Shown here: positions 1 to 10,292 of the stretch, piece after piece
How positions within the stretch are numbered: the first letter of the stretch is position 1
Layout of the letters: the number at the start of each line of letters is the position of its first letter
DNA from: Pachysolen tannophilus NRRL Y-2460
Lineage: Eukaryota
NCBI GenBank assembly: GCA_001661245.1
Contig: KV454017.1
Span: 248,001 to 304,079 of the forward strand
Direction of reading: 5' to 3'
DNA: 56,079 nt
Made by a program: the position numbers and the translations under genes
Notes under the pieces: model-generated
The model's input: only the letters and a program-made list of their open reading frames with translations
Told to the model about the DNA's origin: nothing
Databases searched by the model: none

Positions 1-549
1 TTTGATCCCAAGAGGAACCAAACCACAACTCTATAAATCTAACAATCTGTGGAGCATACTTTATTTCTTCTGAAGTTAATAATTTTTTTTTTCAAAAAGA
101 TAATCATTCACCAAATTATGAATTGAATCATCTTTTAAAATTTCATTTTTCTCATATTTTAACTTTATATAAGTTAAAATTTCCTCCATTATCGGTTGTA
201 AATTCTCACTATCACTTCCAAGATAACCTTCTGAAGTTAAAATATCTCTTTTCCCATCATCAAAATAAAATGTAACGTTAGGGTTTTCCACATTTTTATC
301 CAACAATTCATTTACTAAGCAATCATGAAACCAAGAAGCACCTAGATCAATTGGAACGTCATTCAAATTAACTGTATGCAATCTTCCTCCTAAACGATTT
401 CTTGCCTCCAAAATTAAAGTACTTATACCTAATTTATTCAAATCAATTGCTGCCTTTAATCCTGATATACCAGCACCAATGATAATTACATCAACACTTT
501 CTGCTGATGACTCCAATGCAGGATTGGTATTAAAGAATCTTCCAAACAT
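1..549 (-). CDS. FMS1: Flavin-dependent polyamine/amine oxidase (Fms1/Cbp1 family), 5' part only; runs off the window edge, with an apparent frameshift in the A10 run at 83-92
   Basis: FAD-binding motif VIIIGAGISGL...LEARNRLGGR and DLGASWFHD. Past the A10 run another frame reads LLTSEEIKYAPQIVRFIELWFGSSWDQ, resembling the Fms1 continuation as I recall it. First ATG at 549. Confidence 0.8.
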
Positions 550-756
550 TTTTTTTTCTCCCAAAAACTTGTCAGTTAAAACCCAATTATTCCTATTTTT
601 TTAACAATTCAAAAGTCAAACTAGAACATCAAGTACCAAACGATGTCCTATCCTATTCAATATATATATATATATGTATCGGCTAAGTTATCCCAATTAT
701 TATCCGCCCAACTATATAGAAGAAAGATGTCATTGCATATTTTTGAAAGGTGTTTA

Positions 757-778
757 GGCGGAATATACCGCCCTTATC
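757..778. promoter_or_regulatory. Perfect inverted GGCGG-N6-CCGCC (Zn2Cys6-type) next to a GATA site (CTTATC), upstream of the FMS1-like gene
   Basis: GGCGG 757-761, AATATA, CCGCC 768-772, CTTATC 773-778, about 210 bp upstream of the ATG at 549. Confidence 0.35.
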
Positions 779-913
779 TACCGGGTTGCAGTAAAGGGAA
801 AACGGCTTGTAACTTCTACGAATACTTCATCATCATCAAATATATATATATGTTTATATAAAGGTGTTTTATATACAGGTAGAGATCTATATTGAAGGCA
901 GAAAATTATTGTT

Positions 914-1765
914 TTATTCTTCGTTTAAACCTTTGACACATTTCCACAACATATCGTATTCTTTTTGGTTTGATCTACCACAAGTTAACCATCTAATTTT
1001 ACAATCTTTATCAATAACATAAATGAAACAAGTATAAACATTTTTCATCATTAATTCATCTTTAACTTCACTTGTTAGATCAGATCTATGTCCAATTAAA
1101 TAACTATGTTTTCTTTTTTCAGGAATAGTTGTTTTCAAATTTCTAACAGCTAAATTAACAAAAAGATGTTTAAGATTATTTTCTGAAAGATTCAATTCAA
1201 CAATTTGAGTATTTGGATATAATTCATTCAATTTTATTAATCCAGTAGAGCTTAAAAATGAATCATTTGAATTAGAAATTTGGAAAAATCCTCTATTTCT
1301 TATTTCACCTTCTAATGATGAAAAAACTCTTAAAATTGTGGTTTTACCTTTAAATAAATTTGTAGTATGAACCATTTCATTATTTAAATTCTTAGCAATA
1401 ACATTAGGAAAATATAATGATTTATCAGCTTTAAAATATGATACTGGAGGTAAAAAAATTTTCCCCTGTGTCTTTGTATAATTTTGCATATCATAAAACC
1501 CACCAACTGCAATTTCTCTTTCTAATTGAGCTTGTCTTTTCTCTCTTTTCTCAGCATCAAAAGTATCCTTAATAGATTGCCAAAGAGATTGTGTCTCTGG
1601 TTGTGAATTTTTCGAAGCTAATGGTTGTTGTTTTGAACCTACTGGCTTCACTATAGAAACAACTTTAAATGGAGGAGGTGTAGTATTTTTAATTGTCTTG
1701 GATAACTTACCCAAAATTTGTACTCTACTACTAGAATGAAAACTCCTAATAAATATCTTAACCAT
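914..1765 (-). CDS. ATP10: Mitochondrial ATP synthase assembly factor Atp10
   Basis: Basic presequence (MVKIFIRSFHSSSR), GKIFLPPVSYFKADKSLYFPN and C-terminal YVIDKDCKIRW motifs of the ATP10 family. Confidence 0.9.
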   Translation of the reverse strand: MVKIFIRSFHSSSRVQILGKLSKTIKNTTPPPFKVVSIVKPVGSKQQPLASKNSQPETQSLWQSIKDTFDAEKREKRQAQLEREIAVGGFYDMQNYTKTQGKIFLPPVSYFKADKSLYFPNVIAKNLNNEMVHTTNLFKGKTTILRVFSSLEGEIRNRGFFQISNSNDSFLSSTGLIKLNELYPNTQIVELNLSENNLKHLFVNLAVRNLKTTIPEKRKHSYLIGHRSDLTSEVKDELMMKNVYTCFIYVIDKDCKIRWLTCGRSNQKEYDMLWKCVKGLNEE

Positions 1766-2220
1766 TTCTCTAATTCAAAACAATAATCTATTCAAAACTA
1801 TTCTTATCCATATATTTTATCAACAATATCAATATTAACTAAAGTTGTGAAATTTTTTTACTTTTCAACATCTTTCCAGTTCTCTGCAAAAACCATCCAG
1901 TTCTCAGCGGAACAACTTCCAATGAATTTACCTTTACTTTTACCACATTTTTGGGCGGAAGTCCAAGGGGGAAAAAAAAATTCCTCCGGCAAAATTGGGC
2001 GGAAATTTTTCATTTTTTCATTTTTTTTCCGCCGATCTCAGTGCGGACCGCCTGGAAAATTTTTAAACGATGAATAGTTTTTGCAAAAAATGTTAACATA
2101 ATATTTATATTTATATATATATTTATTATATTTATATAAATGTCTTTATTGAAGATTTATTTATTCAAAAATCATTCTTATTGATTGAATTTTTTTATTT
2201 TGATTTAAAACATATTGAAA

Positions 2221-2733
2221 ATGCAAGGGGTTTTCCATCAGAAATCAGCGTATAATTTACCGCAACCGTATAATTTAAAACCAAGACCTTATTATAATTA
2301 TCAAAGAAGTATATTTACAACACCGATGAAGAAATTTATTGGTTATTTTATTTTATTGGGGTTAGTTGGTATATTTATCTTGACGTTTGGTCCTGAAGGA
2401 GGTAAATCGAAGGATACTTTTGTTTCTTTGGATACTGGAGATAGTGGTAGTGGTATCATTAGTACCAGTGGTTTAGATTTAGATTTAAGTTCAGGTTCAA
2501 ATAGTGGTAATTCAAATAGTGATAGTGATACCGGTAGCAGTGGAAAAAATTCTAAATTAGTTGTTGATAAAATAGTTGGCACAGATTCAGATTCAAATTT
2601 AAATTTAAATAATGAAGTCAAGAAAGAATCAGGAAATTCGAATAAAGGTTCTAATGTACAAAATGCAGTTTTAGATAATGAAATCTTAGTTGATCCACTT
2701 GATCAAGCAAATGCTGATTTATCAAAGAATTGA
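2221..2733 (+). CDS. Uncharacterised small single-pass (type II-like) membrane protein with a Ser/Gly/Asn-rich C-terminal region
   Basis: 170-codon ORF from ATG 2221, typical codon usage, one hydrophobic segment (FIGYFILLGLVGIFILTF) preceded by KK. Confidence 0.7.
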   Translation: MQGVFHQKSAYNLPQPYNLKPRPYYNYQRSIFTTPMKKFIGYFILLGLVGIFILTFGPEGGKSKDTFVSLDTGDSGSGIISTSGLDLDLSSGSNSGNSNSDSDTGSSGKNSKLVVDKIVGTDSDSNLNLNNEVKKESGNSNKGSNVQNAVLDNEILVDPLDQANADLSKN

Positions 2734-3051
2734 AATAAAAGAAAACTTTTATGGGGTGTTCATTAATAATACGTTGCATATTTCTTTATTTCTTTCTCCA
2801 TTAATTAATTATAGTATATACATAATCTTTGTTGTTGTATGATGATTGTTTTTTTTTTTGATTTTTTATATTTTAGTTTTTCTTTTAATTATTGATATTG
2901 TTTCCGACCCAAGGATATATGATTGTAGTGATATTAATCAATATAAGAATAATAACTAAACAAATAGTATTATAAAATAAATAAATACAACAACAACAAA
3001 AAAATAAAATAAAATAGAAAAAAGAAATTTAAAAAAAAAGTATTGATTGGA

Positions 3052-3879
3052 TTAAAATAAAATACCTTTATCAATAGCGTCTTTACGTTCTTGCCAAACA
3101 GTCTTACCAGTACAACTGCAAACTTCCTTATCATTTTGCCAGATACCAGCACTTCTTGCAATGACACCAGCTAAAGAATCCGGAGCAACTTTATCTTTTA
3201 ATTGTGAAACTATAACAGACCTACCAATCAAATCATCAATTTTCATTGAAGCAATTACAAAATGTTGACCACTTGCCAAATCAGGCAAATCACTTTGTTC
3301 ATTTACTTCAATTGGTGAAATATCATAAATTGATTTACCAGTACTTAAAGCACCTTGAGATAAATTACCATTAGATCTAATACTTGGATAATATATACCT
3401 TTAGTAACACCATTCATTGTTAAATCAATTAAACATTGCTTATCATTAAGTGAAACAATTCTTGCTAAACCTCTAACTGGATTGAGTCGATCTTTTTCAT
3501 CAAAAGATTCTAAAATACAAACTGCAGCAGAATTTGGCCTTCCAGTTCCTCTTATAATAGCATCTTTACCAGTAGATTGAATTGCTTTGACAATTCTAGA
3601 AGGTGGTACACTTCCTTCAACAGATAAAGTTTGACTCTTTAAATCTATATCAAACTTGGAAATACCATCAATCTCCTTAAGAGCATTTCTCACACTAGTA
3701 ACACATGAATCGCAATGTAACGGAACAGCATAAACACTCTAAACTCAAATCATTTTATACAAAAATGTTAGTTTCTAGGTCCACACCAAAAATAAAAAAA
3801 GCCCAAAAAAAAAGAACAAAAAAGGAGATTCATTCCATTTACTCACCTCAAAAGTTGAAATCGGATTATCTTGTGTCAT
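3052..3879 (-). CDS. CCS1: Copper chaperone for superoxide dismutase; exons 3879-3847 and 3738-3052
   Basis: Spliced product MTQDNPISTFE|SVYAVPLHCDSC (HMA CxxC), DAIIRGTG, and C-terminal GVIARSAGIWQNDKEVCSCTGKTVW (CxC). Intron is in phase 0. Confidence 0.95.
3739..3846 (-). other. Spliceosomal intron of CCS1 (108 nt)
   Basis: GTGAGT donor at 3846, AACTAAC branch at 3773-3767, TAG acceptor at 3739. Splicing supplies an ATG in frame. Confidence 0.9.
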
Positions 3880-4569
3880 CTTTAAATCAATCAAAAATAA
3901 ATTCAACCAACAAACAACAAATTTACAAATATTAAATATATTACTAATATACTTTATCCAGGTGGGTTTCCACAGCTTTTAAAAACAATATGTCCTGAAA
4001 AATAAAAGGTAGTGCACAAAAACACAAACAAAGAATGTCACATGACTCTTTACATAGACAATATTAATTGATTCAATCAATCATATTGATTGATTGATAG
4101 GAACAAGAGAAGAGGTTTGATTAGTTCCAACTGGGTGGAGTCCAGTTTTTCTGAAAGATCAGTGGTGGTATATTTCGCGAGAGAAAAGAAGTTGAAATCG
4201 TTAGTTGTGGAAACGTACTTTTTTGGGCTATATACATCCATCATAGTTGGCATTTTTTTTTTTTTTCTTTTTTTTTTTTTAATTGGTTTCCTTCAAGTCA
4301 AGTTGAAAAAAGTGTTCAGTTATATTTTTTAACAGATACTAGCTTAGGGTGGTATTTTTATTTCCACTTTCTCAATTGATATGGATATGATTGATTTGCA
4401 TCCATCAATTCTCTAATTTTTTTAATTTATATCAATAATATTTATTTATCTCTTTTTGGATCTGTTTTTTTGGTCTTGCGAAAAATTTCCGTTTTCCAAT
4501 TTTTCATAAATACCTGCCTGATAAAAATCTTTAATTTTATTTTACAATTATTTGTTTTAAAATGATGAT

Positions 4570-5124
4570 ATGATAATGTTTTCTGAAAAGACAGTACAAA
4601 CACTTCGATTTACTTTGAAAACCTCATTAATTTTTTTAACTTGGGTTCCTGTGATATATACTTTTAACGAACATGTTTGTTATATAAGTAAAGTTGAAGG
4701 TTCTTCAATGAAACCAACTTTTAATCCATCAAGTACAAAATCAGATTTTGTTTTACTTTGGAAATGGAATTTAAAACCAAATTTAAATATAAATGATGTT
4801 ATATTGTTAAGATCACCTATAAATCCAGAAAAAATTTACGCAAAGAGAATAAAAGGTTTACAAGGTGATAAAATACAAACACGATACCCTTACCCTAAAC
4901 AATCTGTATTAATTCCTAGAAATCATTTATGGGTTGAAGGTGATAATATTCATTCAATAGATAGTAATAATTTTGGGCCAGTGTCCAATGGTTTGGTAAT
5001 AGGTAAAGCATGTTATATAATTTTCCCATTTAGTAGGTTTGGCCCAATACCTGATGGTGGAAGAGAATGTAGAGAATCAAAATTGAGAAATTTTAATCAA
5101 GATAAAGAATCACAAGTAGTTTAG
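4570..5124 (+). CDS. IMP2: Mitochondrial inner membrane peptidase subunit 2 (S26 peptidase)
   Basis: Catalytic Ser/Lys motifs GSSMKPTFNP and KRIKGLQGD; WVEGDNIHSIDSNNFGPVSNGL. The start could be 4570 or 4576. Confidence 0.9.
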   Translation: MIMFSEKTVQTLRFTLKTSLIFLTWVPVIYTFNEHVCYISKVEGSSMKPTFNPSSTKSDFVLLWKWNLKPNLNINDVILLRSPINPEKIYAKRIKGLQGDKIQTRYPYPKQSVLIPRNHLWVEGDNIHSIDSNNFGPVSNGLVIGKACYIIFPFSRFGPIPDGGRECRESKLRNFNQDKESQVV

Positions 5125-5404
5125 TACTTTTTTTTGCTTTTCTTTCTTTTTTTTTTTTACCTTGTGTTTATTTTATTTTCCATATTTATGTATAATAGAT
5201 TAATGATAAGTTTTTAATGGATAAAAAGCGAAATGTAAAATGGTATTAAATAAAGCAGTAATGCAAAATAATTAACAATTATTTTTGGAAAAAATCTAAA
5301 TATTAAGACAGCTTGTAAAATGCTATTCGTAAATTCATGACAAGAATTAAAGGAGTAACTGAAAAAAAAAAAAAAAAAAGATAAAAAATCAGGAATTTCA
5401 AAAA

Positions 5405-7747
5405 TTAGGGATTTGTTGGATTGAATTTGTAATTAGGTTGAGTCAAAGATCTCATCAAAGAAGGTTTTGAACTCTTTTGCTTTTTATGTGAAATAATAAT
5501 GTTCTCTTTGGATTTTTCAATTATACCAATCTTATCTTGTGCGGCACCGCTTTTAACAATTTTATTTCCATCATAAATATTATTTTTTGGCAGTGGGAAC
5601 CTAAAACCAAAATCTAATTTTGGTGGGAATTGTTGCCCTTGTTGTTGTTGTTGTTGTTGCTCTTCTAAAAATTCACTCAAACTACTTGTTGACATTCTAT
5701 TTTCAAAAAATGAAGATTCATCATTAATATTACGTTTTCCTGAGAAGAAAGAAGTAATTCCTCCTTCAGAAGCAGTTACCATATCAGACATCAGAGAATC
5801 TAAACTATCTCTATTACTGATACTCATACTATCATTAAATATAGAAAAACTACTACTGCTATGTCTTGATGAATAAGAAGAAGTTTTTGCTGAATGCATT
5901 TTAGAACCAAAAGTACCAAATAATGACTGTGAACTCCCCAACTTTGGTCTTGGTGATATTGATGAATTTGTTTTCAATTGCTTCACACTATTAGAAAAAG
6001 ATCGATTATGAGTTGTCAGTAATGAAGGAATTAAAGAATGAAATGATTTAGCTTTTTGTAAAGATTTTGAAGAACTCCTTAATTTTGCATCTCTTCTAAA
6101 TCTGCTTAGTTCTCTTTCACATGTAACTTGATGTTTAGAATCATTCATTTCAACATAATATTTTGGGAAACATCTATGTGATTGTAAATCGAAAAAATTC
6201 TTATAGCCTCCTTCCAAAATTAAAATGTCTGGGTAACAAAGATTGGGGTAATTATCTTTGTTTAAAATTCTATCCGTTTTTCTTAAATGATTTGCAATTA
6301 ACGGTCCTCTGTAAGAACTAAATTCACAATGGAAAATCACTAATTTATTATTAGGTTTAGAAATTATTCCCAGTTGCAGAAGTTTTTCTTCACTTAAGAA
6401 AAAAGATTCCAAGTCTGCTTGAGAAGATATATTGATAGCTCCTTCAATATGACCACCATTAAATTCATATTCAAACCTGCAATCCACTATGAAAACCTCA
6501 TCAAAATATACTTTATATTCACCATCTAATATTTTTACAAATTGATCCACATCAATTCTGGGTAACAAATCACTTTTCACATGAAAGGTCTTAATTGCAG
6601 TTGAAGAAAGAGTTGAGTTTCCTCTTAAAGAATTTTCAAAACAAGAATTCTTATTATTATTGTTGTTATTTTGATTAAGAGTATTGTTATTATTAATATT
6701 ATTATTAATATTATTACTATTATTATTATCATTAGCAGAACCAAAACAAAGTTCTTGAGGATTTTGAAACATTGATTGTGTTCTTCTAACTTTCAATCTA
6801 CTTCCTCCTTTTTTTATCGAAGTTCTTTGTTGTAATGGAGAACCATTTTCTTGTTTTAAAGGTGATGTTTCTTCATTAGAAGAGTTTTTATCATGTTTTG
6901 GTGAAACCGATGGGAAAGGATTAATTTTGTTGGGCACTGGAGAAGGAACACAAAATGAATCCAAATTATTATCAAGAGTAACAAATGAAGGAGTAGATGA
7001 AGAAGAAATTGAATGAGAACGGGCCGCATAAAATAATGAACCATTTATTAAAGAAGCATTTCTATGATTTAGTCCAGAACCATCTCTTCTTATCAGTTTC
7101 CTTTGAGCAAGACTGAATTTTGTCTTTGATGAAGAAATTGTTGAAATATTTGAAGTAATAGACCCTAAAGAAGTTGTTGTAGCATTTGAATTAGTATGCA
7201 AGTGGAAACTTGACAGTGGTGAAACATTTGAACTAGCTGATGAACATGAGGGAGAATTTTGTAATGATGTACAATTCAAACTTGACGCCGACGATAAATT
7301 TTGCTGGTTAGTCAACAAACTCAATGGCGGTCTAAAAACCGTAGTTTTATCACTTTGAGTTGAAAATGAATCTAAACTCAGTTGCAGAACATTTTTGCTT
7401 CTGTCTGGTGAAACTTTTTTAGGAACCAAAAGGTTTTCAGAATGTCTAAAAGCAAAAAGCAAAAAGCAGAGAAAAAAAAAAAAGAGTTAATAAACAAGAA
7501 CGAGAAATTTCAATTTCCTTTTTTGAGAACAAGAAGCTAGCTCTCTTTATACTCACTTTTCTATATGGAAATTCTCCGATAATTGATCGGCTAATATTGT
7601 GGTTGGGGAATCTATCAATGGACTCAATTGTCTTTTGAACGAAGTGATGCTGAGATACGGTAAATCATGTCTAGTTTTCCTCTTTGAATTTATATTCTTC
7701 AAAAAAGGTGACGATGATGGGTTTAACGATGCATTACCATCGTCCAT
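5405..7747 (-). CDS. MIH1: Cdc25-family M-phase inducer phosphatase; exons 7747-7557 and 7445-5405
   Basis: Rhodanese/Cdc25 core IVDCRFEYEFNGGHIEGAINI, HCEFSSYRGP, YPDILILEGGYK. Exon 1 carries the fungal Cdc25 N-terminal motif SPTTILADQLSENFHI, and a phase-2 intron joins it in frame. Confidence 0.93.
7446..7556 (-). other. Spliceosomal intron of MIH1 (111 nt)
   Basis: GTGAGT donor at 7556, TATTAAC branch at 7492-7486, pyrimidine tract, TAG acceptor at 7446. AA|A restores a Lys codon. Confidence 0.85.
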
Positions 7748-8303
7748 TTTCAAAAAAAAAAAAAAAAAAAACTAAACTAACTAACTAACCGCTCTACAGT
7801 ATAGTATTTAGTGTTTTCTATTAAGCGCCAAACTCTTTGACTAAACAACTTTTCTTTTTTTTTTTTTTTTTGTTTTGTTTTGTAATTCCAACAGCGTTTA
7901 AATTATGTTGTTAAGGAAAAATGAACTTAGATATATAAAAACTTTAAAAAAAAAAAGAAAGAAAGGAAGAACGAAAGAAAGGAAAAAAAAAAAACGTTAA
8001 ACGGAAAAAGTTCATGTAACGTTAAGGCAGCATTGAAATTTCTTGAGCATATATATTTCCGGCAGAATATTGTAAACTCTAAGGTATCAAACAAAGTAAT
8101 AGAGTAATAACAGTATTAAAAAGAAAAATAAGTATTTAAAAAAAAAATAAAAATAAAATAAAAATAAAAAATAAAAGTAAAAATAAAAATAAATACAAAT
8201 AGTGTTTACATGTAAGATGGGATGTAATCTGTACGCATAGCGGGAAGAGCAGCTTCTAGCGCACTTATTCAAGCTTCTTTCCAGCAATGTGAACATTTAT
8301 AAG

Positions 8304-8318
8304 TTTCCGAAATAGGAA
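8304..8318. promoter_or_regulatory. Putative Mcm1 (MADS) site upstream of MIH1
   Basis: TTTCCGAAATAGGAA fits TTCC-N6-GGAA. A forkhead-type TGTTTAC lies at 8203-8209. Confidence 0.35.
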
Positions 8319-10292
8319 GTTACCTGTGCAACTAGTGGCAGCTTTACGTTTAAAAATTGTGCATATTGTCTTAGAAACGGAAGATATTTGATCTTGGAAG
8401 TGGCAGAGTTGAGCAGAAAAAAAGCATTAGGTACTTGCAGCAACATACAGCAGCTTGTATAGAAATAAAAAAAGAAAAAAGAATCGAGTAAACTGTTGAT
8501 TTTTAAAATGAGATTTCATGAGTGTGAACTTTGGACCTAAAACCTAAAGAGTTCAAAGTAAACTATAGAAATACAATTTAAAAGAAGGAAAAAAAAAAAA
8601 AAAAACATTTTCAATGGTTTGTAAATGGAGTTGTCTTTTGTCATTTTGTCATCCTGCAATCCGGGTTTTTTTCTTTTTCCTTTTTTGATTATGCAAGATT
8701 TCGGTTATATATTGGTTTACATGGTAACACATAACAAAATTATGTGCGGAATTTTTTTTTTTTTTTTTTATATTTTTGTTTTTTTTTTGTGCAAGTTTGA
8801 ATATTTACAAATTACCGGATTTGATAAATTGTTCAAGTATACGAACAAAAACACCAATAATCATCTAGCATAAAATCCTCATACATGTGTTCATATGTAT
8901 GTGAAGTTTCTTCAATTGTAAGTCAAAGTCAATTAAAGGGAGCTTTTTCTAAGGAAAAAAAAAAAAACATAATAAAAGAAAGTATAGCGGTAATTAATCG
9001 AGTGGTTAGTGGTGAGTGGTTTTTAAGGTTTTTTTTTTTTTCACTTTCAATTTAATCCCTGGGCTATATGAAAACGTACAAGGCATTCAAAAGATGTAAA
9101 TCGACGGTATATTACTTTAACTTGTTTAATTGTTTGGATTGGGGTGTGTTCATAGTTTTCCTATCATAGTTTTCCTATCATATTTTACCGATCTAAAACT
9201 TATTTATAGTTTATTCTTCTTTGTTTTTTTTCCAGTAAAAGAAAAATTAAAAAATTTAGTAGTATGGTAAAGCCTTTCTTGTATAAAGGTGCTTACTAAC
9301 GGCTGAATGCCGAATGCCAATTGATAACTAGTGCAAGATGCTTTTCAAAAAAAAGAAAACAAAAAAACCAAAAAAAAACAAATCAAAATCGAAAAAAAAA
9401 AGAAAAAAATTAAAACAAGCTATTGTTTTTCATGCGGAGTGTTTAAATTTTTTTATTATTGATTTTGTACTTTGTAATTGTTTTATTTCTTTTTGGGACT
9501 CAATCTAGTTCAATTGAGTTCAATCATGGTAGATAATTAATTGCATAGCGCCAGGTCCAAAAAGAAAAAAGAAAAAAAAAATTAAATTAAATTAAAGACT
9601 GTTTCGGGACTCCTGTAGAGTACCTTATTTTAACAAACTAAAATTTTCCGTTAAAAATATCTAGTAAGTTTTTCTTTCTTTATCTTTTGGTGACTTTCAA
9701 TGAATGATCCTTAAAACGGAGATCAAATTGGAACTTTGGAAGTTTGAAACTTTGAAATTTATTAGAATATTGATCATCAGCACGAAAAAAAAAATAACAG
9801 AGCTTGCGGTTTTCAGCCATCTTGTTATACCGTATATCCCTTTGCTTGGTTTTCATCTTGGCAGTGCGATTTATTTATATGATTAGGATTTACGCTTGGC
9901 CAAATAATCAACCATTGTTACTATTTACCTGATCTGAAACAAGTTCAAAAAGTCTTTCAGTTTTTCAATTTTGCACAATATACAACAACATCTCTTTAAC
10001 TATTACTACATTTGTTTTCTATTTTCAAAACAAAAATGCATTCTTTCTACTTCTCATAATTACTTCAAAATATTTTCTAAAAAATGTGATAAAAAAAAAA
10101 TAAAATAAAATAAAATAAAAAAAGTACAAGCGTTATAACGCACTTAAAAACAGTGAATAATAATAATAGTAATAATATTAATAATGAAAAAATTAAATTT
10201 GAACACAATTATTAAAAGTTGAAGAAAAAAAAAAAAAAGTTTAAGCCAAAATTAATATAGTAAAAAAGTAAAGTGAGAAAAATGTAAATAAA

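Noticed and set aside
8087..9886. Short intergenic ORFs rich in F/K/I/Y (also 1847, 12274, 13062, 17487, 22877, 23644, 49845, 55637)
   Set aside because: Translations of poly(A)/poly(T) and (TA)n tracts with no protein-like composition.
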